A program made the translations under genes and the position numbers. The notes beneath the pieces are model-generated. The model was given only the letters and a program-made list of their open reading frames with translations. It did no database searches and was not told the DNA's origin. This document shows positions 7,703-18,554 of a DNA stretch of 32,000 nucleotides, in pieces (the first letter of the stretch is position 1; each line of letters opens with the position of its first letter). The stretch comes from Pseudomonas aeruginosa (GTDB taxonomy: Bacteria > Pseudomonadota > Gammaproteobacteria > Pseudomonadales > Pseudomonadaceae): NCBI RefSeq assembly GCF_001457615.1, contig NZ_LN831024.1, positions 5,100,001 through 5,132,000 on the forward strand, written 5' to 3'.

Positions 7703-9403
7703 ATGAACGATTCCACGCCTCTCAGCGGCCTTGCCAAGCAACTGGTCCTGAACGAACTCCTCGACGAAAAGACCGCCCGCCAGGCCCAGGTGCAGGCCGC
7801 GCGCAACAAGCAGTCGCTGGTCAGCCACCTGGTCCAGGCCAAGCTGGTGCAGAGCCGGGCGTTGGTCGAGGTGGCCGCCGAGCAGTTCGGCATCGCCTAT
7901 TGCGACCTGAACAGCCTGGATCGGGAAAGCATTCCGAAGGATGTCATCAGCGAGCGCCTGGTCCGCCAGCACCGTGTGTTGCCGCTGTGGAAACGCGGCA
8001 ACAAACTGTTCATCGGTCTCTCCGACCCGACCAACCACCAGGCGGTCACCGATATCCAGTTCAGCACCGGTCTCACCACCGAAGCCCTGCTGGTGGAGGA
8101 CGACAAGCTCGGCGTAGCCATCGAGAAGCTCTACGAGGGCGCTATGGACGCTCTCGGCGACCTCGGTGACATCGATCTCGACGGGGTCGATGTAGGCAAG
8201 GCGGAAAGCGCCAGCCAGGACGACGGCGGCGACGATGCCGAAGATGCCCCGGTGGTGCGCTTCGTCAACAAGATGCTGCTCGACGCCATCCGCGGCGGCT
8301 CTTCCGACCTGCACTTCGAGCCCTACGAAAAGACCTACCGGGTGCGCTTCCGTACCGACGGCATGCTCCACGAAGTGGCCAAGCCGCCGATCCAGTTGGC
8401 CAGCCGCATTTCCGCGCGACTCAAGGTAATGGCCGGCCTGGATATCTCCGAACGGCGCAAGCCGCAGGACGGGCGGATCAAGATGCGCGTGTCGAAGACC
8501 AAGTCGATCGACTTCCGCGTCAACACCCTGCCGACCCTGTGGGGCGAGAAGATCGTGATGCGGATCCTCGACTCCTCCAGCGCGCAGATGGGCATCGACG
8601 CACTGGGCTACGAAGAGGACCAGAAGGAACTCTACCTGGCCGCGCTCAAGCAGCCACAGGGCATGATCCTGGTCACCGGCCCCACCGGCTCGGGCAAGAC
8701 GGTTTCGCTGTACACCGGTCTGAACATCCTCAATACCACCGACATCAACATCTCCACCGCTGAAGACCCTGTGGAGATCAACCTGGAAGGCATCAACCAG
8801 GTCAACGTCAACCCGCGTCAGGGCATGGACTTCTCCCAGGCGCTGCGCGCCTTCCTGCTCCAGGACCCGGACGTGATCATGGTCGGCGAGATCCGCGATC
8901 TGGAGACTGCCGAGATCGCCATCAAGGCGGCGCAGACCGGGCATATGGTGATGTCCACCCTGCACACCAACAGCGCCGCCGAGACCCTGACCCGCCTGCT
9001 GAACATGGGCGTGCCGGCGTTCAACCTGGCGACCTCGGTGAACCTGATCATCGCCCAGCGCCTTGCGCGAAAACTCTGTTCGCACTGCAAGAAAGAACAC
9101 GACGTGCCGAAGGAAACCCTGCTTCACGAAGGTTTCCCGGAAGAGCTGATCGGCACCTTCAAGCTGTATTCGCCTGTAGGCTGCGAAAACTGCAAAGGCG
9201 GTTACAAAGGTCGCGTCGGTATTTATGAAGTGGTTAAAAACACCCCCGCCCTGCAGCGGATTATCATGGAAGAAGGCAACTCCATCGAGATCGCCGAGCA
9301 AGCCCGCAAAGAAGGCTTCAACGATCTGCGCACCTCAGGCCTGCTGAAAGCCATGCAGGGAATCACCAGCCTGGAGGAAGTCAACCGCGTGACCAAGGAT
9401 TAA
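7703..9403 (+). CDS. pilB: Type IV pilus assembly ATPase PilB
   Basis: 566 aa. Walker A GPTGSGKT, and the GspE-family Asp and His boxes. C-terminal tetracysteine motif CSHC…CENC. Divergent from pilA. Confidence 0.97.
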   Translation: MNDSTPLSGLAKQLVLNELLDEKTARQAQVQAARNKQSLVSHLVQAKLVQSRALVEVAAEQFGIAYCDLNSLDRESIPKDVISERLVRQHRVLPLWKRGNKLFIGLSDPTNHQAVTDIQFSTGLTTEALLVEDDKLGVAIEKLYEGAMDALGDLGDIDLDGVDVGKAESASQDDGGDDAEDAPVVRFVNKMLLDAIRGGSSDLHFEPYEKTYRVRFRTDGMLHEVAKPPIQLASRISARLKVMAGLDISERRKPQDGRIKMRVSKTKSIDFRVNTLPTLWGEKIVMRILDSSSAQMGIDALGYEEDQKELYLAALKQPQGMILVTGPTGSGKTVSLYTGLNILNTTDINISTAEDPVEINLEGINQVNVNPRQGMDFSQALRAFLLQDPDVIMVGEIRDLETAEIAIKAAQTGHMVMSTLHTNSAAETLTRLLNMGVPAFNLATSVNLIIAQRLARKLCSHCKKEHDVPKETLLHEGFPEELIGTFKLYSPVGCENCKGGYKGRVGIYEVVKNTPALQRIIMEEGNSIEIAEQARKEGFNDLRTSGLLKAMQGITSLEEVNRVTKD

Positions 9404-9406
9404 TCC

Positions 9407-10624
9407 ATGGCGGACAAAGCGTTAAAGACCAGTGTCTTCGTATGGGAAGGCACTGACAAGAAAGGCACCAAGGTCAAGGGCGAGCTGTCCAGCCAGAACC
9501 CGACCCTGGTCAAGGCGCAACTGCGCAAGCAGGGCATCACGCCGGTCAAGGTCCGCAAGAAAGGCATCTCCCTGCTGGGGGCGGGGAAGAAGATCAAGCC
9601 TATGGACATCGCCCTGTTCACCCGCCAGATGTCCACCATGATGGCCGCCGGCGTGCCGCTGCTGCAGTCGTTCGACATCATCAGCGAAGGCTTCGACAAT
9701 CCGAACATGCGCAAGCTGGTGGAGGAGATCAAGCAGGAAGTCGCCGGCGGCAACAGCCTGGCCAACTCGCTGCGCAAGAAGCCGCAGTACTTCGACTCGC
9801 TCTACTGCAACCTGGTGGACGCCGGCGAACAATCCGGCGCCCTGGAAACCCTGCTCGACCGGGTCGCCACCTACAAGGAAAAGACCGAGGCGCTGAAGGC
9901 CAAGATCAAGAAGGCCATGACCTACCCGATCGCGGTGATCGTCGTCGCCATCATCGTTTCGGCGATCCTACTGATCAAGGTGGTGCCGCAGTTCCAGTCG
10001 GTGTTCGAGGGCTTCGGCGCCGAACTGCCAGCCTTCACCATGATGGTCATCAACATTTCCAACGTACTCCAGGAATGGTGGCTCCTGGTACTGCTGATGA
10101 TGGGCGGCGCCGGCTTCCTGCTGAACCACGCCTACAAGCGTTCGGAGAAGTTCCGCGACGCCACCGACCGCACGGTACTGAAGCTGCCTATCGTCGGCGC
10201 CATCCTCTACAAATCCGCCGTGGCACGCTACGCGCGGACGCTGTCGACCACCTTCGCCGCCGGCGTGCCATTGGTGGAAGCCCTCGACTCGGTTTCCGGC
10301 GCCACCGGCAACGTGGTGTTCAGGGACGCGGTGGGCAAGATCAAGCAGGACGTGTCCACCGGCATGCAGCTGAACTTCTCCATGCGCACCACCAACATCT
10401 TCCCCAGCATGGCCATCCAGATGACCGCCATCGGCGAGGAGTCGGGCGCGCTGGACGACATGCTGGCCAAGGTCGCTGGCTTCTACGAGCAGGAAGTGGA
10501 TAATGCCGTGGACAACCTGACCGCCCTGATGGAACCGATGATCATGGCGGTCCTCGGGGTCCTGGTCGGTGGCCTGATCATCGCCATGTACCTGCCGATC
10601 TTCCAGCTGGGCAACGTCGTCTAA
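9407..10624 (+). CDS. pilC: Type IV pilus platform protein PilC
   Basis: 405 aa with duplicated GspF-type domains and three TM segments. It starts 3 nt after the pilB stop. Confidence 0.95.
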   Translation: MADKALKTSVFVWEGTDKKGTKVKGELSSQNPTLVKAQLRKQGITPVKVRKKGISLLGAGKKIKPMDIALFTRQMSTMMAAGVPLLQSFDIISEGFDNPNMRKLVEEIKQEVAGGNSLANSLRKKPQYFDSLYCNLVDAGEQSGALETLLDRVATYKEKTEALKAKIKKAMTYPIAVIVVAIIVSAILLIKVVPQFQSVFEGFGAELPAFTMMVINISNVLQEWWLLVLLMMGGAGFLLNHAYKRSEKFRDATDRTVLKLPIVGAILYKSAVARYARTLSTTFAAGVPLVEALDSVSGATGNVVFRDAVGKIKQDVSTGMQLNFSMRTTNIFPSMAIQMTAIGEESGALDDMLAKVAGFYEQEVDNAVDNLTALMEPMIMAVLGVLVGGLIIAMYLPIFQLGNVV

Positions 10625-11497
10625 ATGACCCTCCTCGACTACCTGGCCAGCCATCCGCTGGCCTTTGTCTTGTGCACCATCCTCCTCGGCCTGCTGGTCG
10701 GCAGCTTCCTCAACGTCGTCGTGCATCGCCTGCCGAAGATGATGGAGCGCAACTGGAAGGCCGAAGCCCGCGAAGCGCTCGGGCTGGAGCCGGAACCCAA
10801 GCAGGCGACCTACAACCTGGTGCTGCCGAATTCGGCGTGCCCGCGCTGCGGCCACGAGATCCGCCCCTGGGAAAACATCCCGCTGGTCAGCTACCTGGCG
10901 CTGGGCGGCAAGTGCTCGTCCTGCAAGGCCGCCATCGGCAAACGCTACCCCCTGGTGGAACTGGCCACCGCGCTGCTTTCCGGCTACGTCGCCTGGCATT
11001 TCGGCTTCACCTGGCAGGCGGGCGCGATGCTCCTGCTGACCTGGGGTCTGCTGGCGATGAGCCTGATCGATGCCGATCACCAACTGCTGCCGGACGTGCT
11101 GGTGCTGCCGCTGCTCTGGCTGGGCCTGATCGCCAACCATTTCGGCCTCTTCGCCAGCCTCGACGATGCGCTGTTCGGCGCGGTGTTCGGCTACCTGAGC
11201 CTGTGGTCGGTGTTCTGGCTGTTCAAGCTGGTGACCGGCAAGGAGGGCATGGGCTACGGCGACTTCAAGCTGCTGGCCATGCTCGGTGCCTGGGGCGGCT
11301 GGCAGATCCTGCCGCTGACCATCCTGCTGTCGTCGCTGGTCGGGGCGATCCTCGGGGTGATCATGCTGCGCCTGCGCAACGCCGAAAGCGGCACGCCGAT
11401 CCCCTTCGGTCCCTATCTGGCGATTGCCGGGTGGATTGCTTTGCTCTGGGGTGATCAAATAACCCGGACCTATCTGCAATTCGCCGGATTCAAATGA
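10625..11497 (+). CDS. pilD: Prepilin peptidase / N-methyltransferase PilD
   Basis: 290 aa. CPRC…CSSC zinc motif and the A24 peptidase Asp motifs (…[11 protein letters not shown]…, …GMGYGDFKL…). It starts immediately after the pilC stop. Confidence 0.97.
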   Translation: MTLLDYLASHPLAFVLCTILLGLLVGSFLNVVVHRLPKMMERNWKAEAREALGLEPEPKQATYNLVLPNSACPRCGHEIRPWENIPLVSYLALGGKCSSCKAAIGKRYPLVELATALLSGYVAWHFGFTWQAGAMLLLTWGLLAMSLIDADHQLLPDVLVLPLLWLGLIANHFGLFASLDDALFGAVFGYLSLWSVFWLFKLVTGKEGMGYGDFKLLAMLGAWGGWQILPLTILLSSLVGAILGVIMLRLRNAESGTPIPFGPYLAIAGWIALLWGDQITRTYLQFAGFK

Positions 11498-12105
11498 CCC
11501 AACCCTGGATACTAGGCCTCACGGGCGGTATCGGCAGCGGCAAGAGCGCAGCCGCCGAGCATTTCATTTCCCTCGGCGTCCACCTGGTGGACGCCGACCA
11601 TGCCGCCCGCTGGGTGGTGGAGCCGGGGCGTCCGGCCCTGGCGAAGATCGTCGAACGCTTCGGCGACGGCATTCTCCTGCCCGATGGCCAGCTCGACCGC
11701 GCCGCCTTGCGCGAGCGGATCTTCCAGGCGCCGGAGGAACGGCGCTGGCTGGAGCAATTGCTGCACCCGCTGATCGGCGCGGAGATCGTCCAGTACCTGG
11801 CCAGGGCCGAATCACCCTACGCTATCCTGGTCTCGCCGCTACTGGTGGAGTCCGGCCAGCGCCAGATGACCCAGCGCGTGCTGGTGGTGGATACCCCGGA
11901 ACATCTGCAACTACAGCGCACCATGCTTCGCGACAAGGTCTCCGAGGAGCAGGTGCGCTCGATCCTCCAGGCCCAGGCCCGGCGCGACGAGCGCTTGAAG
12001 CACGCCGACGACGTGCTGGTCAACGACGGCGACCTGTCCCACCTGCAGCGTGAAGTCGAACGACTGCACGCCTTCTACCTGACCTTGCGAGGAGGCCGAG
12101 CATGA
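11494..12105 (+). CDS. coaE: Dephospho-CoA kinase
   Basis: 203 aa with the P-loop [15 protein letters not shown] overlap with the pilD stop. Confidence 0.95.
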   Translation: MTQPWILGLTGGIGSGKSAAAEHFISLGVHLVDADHAARWVVEPGRPALAKIVERFGDGILLPDGQLDRAALRERIFQAPEERRWLEQLLHPLIGAEIVQYLARAESPYAILVSPLLVESGQRQMTQRVLVVDTPEHLQLQRTMLRDKVSEEQVRSILQAQARRDERLKHADDVLVNDGDLSHLQREVERLHAFYLTLRGGRA

Positions 12106-12302
12106 GCCAGCCCCTGACCGTGGAGTGCCCGACCTGCGGCGCGCCCGTCGAATGGAAAAGCGACAACAAGTACCGCCCCTTCTGCTCCGACCGCTGCAAG
12201 CTGATCGATCTCGGCGCCTGGGCCGCCGAGGAACATGCGATCCCCGGCGACACCCTGGAAGACGATATCTTCTCCGCCGACCTGCCACCTCGCGAGCATT
12301 GA
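12102..12302 (+). CDS. yacG: DNA gyrase inhibitor YacG (zinc-ribbon protein)
   Basis: 66 aa. CPTCG…[14 protein letters not shown] is the YacG signature. ATGA overlap with coaE. Confidence 0.9.
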   Translation: MSQPLTVECPTCGAPVEWKSDNKYRPFCSDRCKLIDLGAWAAEEHAIPGDTLEDDIFSADLPPREH

Positions 12303-12306
12303 ACGC

Positions 12307-12335
12307 AACGGGCCAGCCAATCCGGCTGGCCCGTT
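12307..12335. terminator. Hairpin between convergent yacG and the 69-aa gene
   Basis: AACGGGCCAGCC-aatcc-GGCTGGCCCGTT, a 12-bp perfect stem. U-tracts are weak on both sides. Confidence 0.5.
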
Positions 12336-12338
12336 CCT

Positions 12339-12548
12339 TCAGGGACGCATGAAAGCGTAGTCGCGCTGGTCGTCGAGATTCTCCGCAAGAAATTGCAGTT
12401 CGCTGGCCAGGTCGCCAGCATCGCGCTCCGCCCGGTTCAGTTCGACGATTGCGCTGAGCAACGCGCGCAGGCGCATTGCCCGGTCCGCCTCGTCACTCTT
12501 CGACAGCAACTCTCGCAGGCCCTCTCGGGCCCATTCATGGACACCCAT
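12339..12548 (-). CDS. Small acidic helical hypothetical protein (69 aa)
   Basis: ATG at 12548 with GAGGAG 7 nt upstream. No recognisable domain. It is the last gene of the minus-strand cluster. Confidence 0.6.
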   Translation of the reverse strand: MGVHEWAREGLRELLSKSDEADRAMRLRALLSAIVELNRAERDAGDLASELQFLAENLDDQRDYAFMRP

Positions 12549-12653
12549 GTTCCGCTCCTCACCTGGGAAAACGGCAGGATCGCGGCCAGCTTCGTCCGAA
12601 ACACTGACGCAAGTCAGCCGCCGCCCGCCATGAACCTGGCGAATGACTGGTCA

Positions 12654-13339
12654 TCAGGGCTTGCGCTCTTCGTCCTTCCAGGGCGCCTGCAGGTAGCGCG
12701 TGCGATTGAAGGTTTCCAGCCACTCCGGGTAGTAGACCACCAGGCCGGTGATCACCGTGCCGTTGATGAAGGCCTCGGGGAACATGATCAGCCACAGGTA
12801 ACCAGCGAAGTCCTCCAGCCAGGGCGGCATCGGGAAAAGGCCGTCGATCCAGACCACGCCAAGGCCGAGCAGCAGGACCACCACCGCGGTGAGGGCCGCC
12901 GGGAAGAAACCGCAGCAGAAGATGTAGACGAACAGGTTGCGCGGCTGGCGCTTTTCCACGAACAACGCCGCCAGCTCCGCGATCAGCGCGGGGATCGCCA
13001 CCAGCAGCACGCCGTTGACGCCGATCGCCAGCCAATCCTGGCGGCCGAGCAGGCACAAGCCCAGTTGCGCCACCAGCCCCACCACGATCGCCAGCGGCCA
13101 GTCGAGCAGCAAGGTGACGGCGGTCATACCGATGAAATGGAAGGACAGTCCCGACTCGAAGTCCCGGCGCACCAGCCAGAGCAGGAACAGCCCGAGCATG
13201 GTACCGAACACCAGGTGCTGGCGGCGGGTATCGCTGACCAGCTCGACCCAGGGCGCGCGCCAGGCGGCGAGCAGCAGCACCGGCGCATAGATGGCCCAGC
13301 CCAGTTCCAGGCTTTCCGCCGACAGCAATTCGGCAGCGA

Positions 13340-13343
<4 letters not shown>
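12654..13343 (-). CDS. Polytopic inner-membrane protein (6-7 TM), function unknown; faint CbiM/NikM-like resemblance
   Basis: 229 aa. GTG start at 13343 in a GTGA overlap with the upstream stop. Hydrophobic segments run throughout the protein. The motif SFHFIGMTAVTLLLDWP resembles the H-x-x-G…P core of CbiM-type permeases, but this is a memory-based and uncertain comparison. Confidence 0.7.
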
Positions 13344-15440
<2,097 letters not shown>

Positions 15441-15465
15441 CCGACATCGAAAACGGAGGCCTGCC

Positions 15466-15636
15466 ATGTCCAGCCGACTGAGCCCCGAAGACCAGCAGAA
15501 GGTCGAGCAGTACCTCGCCTCGCCGCTGCACCAGGTCGAGCGTGCGCCGTTCCGCCCGTGGTTCCTGATGTTCGTCCTGCTCGCCGTGGTCATCGGCCTG
15601 GGCCTGCTCAGCCGCCTCCTCAGCTACCTGGCCTGA
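15466..15636 (+). CDS. 56-aa single-TM protein (DUF3094-like), missing from the ORF track
   Basis: My own translation gives MSSRLSPEDQQKVEQYLASPLHQVERAPFRPWFLMFVLLAVVIGLGLLSRLLSYLA*. GGAGG lies 7 nt upstream of ATG 15466, and codon usage is GC3-rich. Confidence 0.6.
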   Translation: MSSRLSPEDQQKVEQYLASPLHQVERAPFRPWFLMFVLLAVVIGLGLLSRLLSYLA

Positions 15637-15699
15637 GTCGTCCGGTCGAGCCACGCTCCCGACGACCGCCTCACGGAATTCCCACTATGAGATATCCAC

Positions 15700-17007
15700 A
15701 TGTCCCATCGCATCGTGATCGTCGGCGGCGGCGCCGGCGGGCTGGAGCTCGCCACCCGTCTCGGCCGCACCCTGGGTAAACGCGGCAAGGCCCAGGTCAC
15801 CCTGGTCGACGCCAACCTCACCCACATCTGGAAACCCCTGCTGCACGAAGTCGCCGCCGGCTCGCTCAACTCCTCCGAGGACGAGCTGAACTACGTCGCC
15901 CAGGCGAAGTGGAACCACTTCGAATTCCAGCTCGGCCGCATGCAGGGCCTGGATCGCGCCGGCAAGCGGGTCCGCCTGGCCGCACTGGTGGACGAGAATG
16001 GCGTTGAACTGGTTCCCGAGCGCGACATCGCCTACGACACCCTGGTGATCGCCGTCGGCAGCACCACCAACGACTTCGGCACCGAGGGCGCTGCGGAACA
16101 CTGCATTTTCCTCGATACCCGCGCCCAGGCCGAACGCTTCCATCGCCAACTGCTCGGCCAGTACCTGCGTGCGCATACCGGGCACGACGCGAACAACAAC
16201 GCAGTGAGTATCGCCATCATCGGCGCCGGCGCCACCGGCGTCGAACTGGCTGCGGAACTGCACCACGCCGCGCAGATGCTGGCCGCCTACGGGCTCGACC
16301 GGATCCGCCCGGAAGACCTGCACATCAGCCTGGTCGAAGCCGGCCCGCGGGTGCTGCCGGCGCTGCCCGAGCGTATCAGCCAGCCGGTACACCAGACCCT
16401 GAGCAAGCTCGGCGTACGGGTGATGACCGGCTCCGCGGTGAGCAAGGTAGATGCGGACGGCCTCTGGACCGGCGACGGCGAATTCGTCCCGGCGACGCTC
16501 AAGGTGTGGGCGGCGGGCATCCGGGCTCCGGCCTTCCTCAAGGAACTCGACGGCCTGGAAAGCAACCGTATCAACCAACTGGTGGTCCGCCCGACCCTGC
16601 AGACCACCCGCGACGACGACATCTTCGCCTTCGGCGACTGCGCCGCCTGTCCCCAGCCGGCGCAACCGGGAGAGCAACCGCGCAACGTGCCGCCACGCGC
16701 CCAGGCCGCGCACCAGCAGGCCTCGCTGCTGGTGAAATCGCTACGTGCCCGTCTCGAAGGCAAGCCGCTGGGCGAATATCACTACCGCGACTACGGTTCG
16801 CTGATCTCGCTGTCGCGCTTCAGCGCGGTCGGCAACCTGATGGGCAATCTGATGGGTAGCGTCATGCTCGAAGGCTGGCTGGCGCGGATGTTCTACGTAT
16901 CGCTATACCGCATGCACCAGATGGCGTTGTACGGTCCGCTGCGCACCGCGATGCTGATGCTTAGCGGCCGCCTGCGCAGCACCGAGCCACGCCTCAAGCT
17001 GCACTGA
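15700..17007 (+). CDS. ndh: Type II NADH:quinone oxidoreductase (NDH-2)
   Basis: 435 aa with two Rossmann motifs (IVIVGGGAGG, IAIIGAGATG). The sequence is typical of Ndh. Confidence 0.95.
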   Translation: MSHRIVIVGGGAGGLELATRLGRTLGKRGKAQVTLVDANLTHIWKPLLHEVAAGSLNSSEDELNYVAQAKWNHFEFQLGRMQGLDRAGKRVRLAALVDENGVELVPERDIAYDTLVIAVGSTTNDFGTEGAAEHCIFLDTRAQAERFHRQLLGQYLRAHTGHDANNNAVSIAIIGAGATGVELAAELHHAAQMLAAYGLDRIRPEDLHISLVEAGPRVLPALPERISQPVHQTLSKLGVRVMTGSAVSKVDADGLWTGDGEFVPATLKVWAAGIRAPAFLKELDGLESNRINQLVVRPTLQTTRDDDIFAFGDCAACPQPAQPGEQPRNVPPRAQAAHQQASLLVKSLRARLEGKPLGEYHYRDYGSLISLSRFSAVGNLMGNLMGSVMLEGWLARMFYVSLYRMHQMALYGPLRTAMLMLSGRLRSTEPRLKLH

Positions 17008-17013
17008 GCCATT

Positions 17014-17042
17014 ACGCCCCGTTTGCCGTCGGCGCGGGGCGT
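17014..17042. terminator. Hairpin between convergent ndh and the AFG1-like gene
   Basis: ACGCCCCG-N13-CGGGGCGT, followed by TCCTT on the + strand. Confidence 0.45.
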
Positions 17043-17046
17043 TCCT

Positions 17047-18105
17047 TCAACAGCGAAGCTGGCGCAACTGCGCCAGCCGACTGGCGGTACGCTGCATGTC
17101 CGCAGGCAGGTCGCTGCCCTCGACCAGGTCCGGCAGCGCCTTTTCGGCACTCAGGAAAAAACGCCGGTCATTGTCGTAAAGGACGTCGACGAGATTGATG
17201 AAGCGCTGCTGGGCGGCGACCGAACAGCGCGCCATCGGCGGTACGCCCTCCAGCACCCAGGTAGAGAAGCGTTCGCCGAGGGCAAGGTAGTCCATCACCG
17301 CGGTTGGCGCCTCGCAAAGGTCGGCGAAGGCGAACCACACCAGGTCGCCGCACACCGCGCGCGCCTGCAACGTCCTCGCGCCGCTTTGCAGGGTCACGCG
17401 TTGCGAGGGTTCGGGCGCGGACAAGCCCAGCTCGTCCAGGCAAGCGCATGAGGCTGGCCAGCAATACCCGCCGCTGGCATAACCGGAAGCGATCTCCTGC
17501 CGCGGCGAAATCGTCCGGTAGTCCCGGGCGCCGGCTACTTCCAGCACTTCCATGCGCGTCTCGATCAACCGGATCGCCGGCAGGAAGCGTTCGTGGTAGA
17601 GCGGATTGGGCAGCAGTTGCCGCGGCGCGTAGTTGGAGGTGCAGACCAGGGTGATCTTCCTGCGGAACAGCTCCCTGAACAGGCGTGTTATCAGCATCGC
17701 GTCGCCAATGTCGTGGACATGGAATTCGTCGAAGCAAAGCAGCCGGCAATCTCCTAGCAGTTCGTCGAGCGCACCGCCCAGGGCATCGGGCCGCCCCTGG
17801 CGGCGGAACATACCGTCATGAAGCCGGCGAAAGAACGCATGGAAATGCGTCCGGCGCAGGCCCTGCAAATCGGCGCTGCGAAAGAAGCCATCCATCAGCC
17901 AGCTCTTGCCGCGCCCGACCGGCCCCCACAGGTAGAGGCTGCGCGGCGCTTGCCGGAATAGCGACGGACCTCGACGCAAGCGCTCCGCCAATCGATCGAG
18001 ATGAAGAATGGCATTGCCCTGGGCTGCGTCCAGCACATAGCCGCGCCGTTGCGCCTCTTGGTGGAAATAGCGGGCTACGGGCGTTGTGGGCTTGGTGCCG
18101 GTCAT
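17047..18105 (-). CDS. AFG1/ZapE-family ATPase
   Basis: Walker A GPVGRGKSWLMD and Walker B LLCFDEFHVHD. I prefer the ATG at 18105 (MTGTKPTTPV...). The track start at 18141 is a GTG with no better SD, so the start is uncertain by 12 codons. Confidence 0.8.
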   Translation of the reverse strand: MTGTKPTTPVARYFHQEAQRRGYVLDAAQGNAILHLDRLAERLRRGPSLFRQAPRSLYLWGPVGRGKSWLMDGFFRSADLQGLRRTHFHAFFRRLHDGMFRRQGRPDALGGALDELLGDCRLLCFDEFHVHDIGDAMLITRLFRELFRRKITLVCTSNYAPRQLLPNPLYHERFLPAIRLIETRMEVLEVAGARDYRTISPRQEIASGYASGGYCWPASCACLDELGLSAPEPSQRVTLQSGARTLQARAVCGDLVWFAFADLCEAPTAVMDYLALGERFSTWVLEGVPPMARCSVAAQQRFINLVDVLYDNDRRFFLSAEKALPDLVEGSDLPADMQRTASRLAQLRQLRC

Positions 18106-18554
18106 GGGTGAACGCCACGAAAAAGAACCGAAAAGACACACTCCGTTGATGCTCAGCCTGAGAGGGCCCTTAAACCGAGAACGGCATTCTAGCGCTGCGT
18201 CCTGCCCATGCTCCAGCCGCCAGACCGAACGGCGGGCGATAGTCGGACAGGCCCTTTGATCATGACCGCCACGGTCGCGATACGGAATCGCGCTCAGCCG
18301 CTACTTCCGCCCCACTGTTTCCGCCGCTTCCGCTGCCGAGCCCATTATCACCGGAGTTTTTCCTACAGCAGTCCTCCCAGTCCCCTACGAAAACCAAGAA
18401 GTTCTACCGGCCAAAGCCAGAAAACTACGATTGTCGCCGTTTCAGCCTCGCCTCAGGCTATCGCCCACTCGATTCTCCGCCTTGAAACCGATCGTTCTGC
18501 ACATGCCTGCGGATATCGGCTTCTTTTCTCTGCAAGAACCGCGCTCCGGGCCGA

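Noticed and set aside
7664-11479. ORFs of 545 aa (7664-9301) and 503 aa (9968-11479) on the minus strand, opposite pilB and pilC/pilD.
   Set aside because: Both lie antisense to strongly identified pil genes and have typical shadow-ORF composition. They also cross gene boundaries of the real operon.
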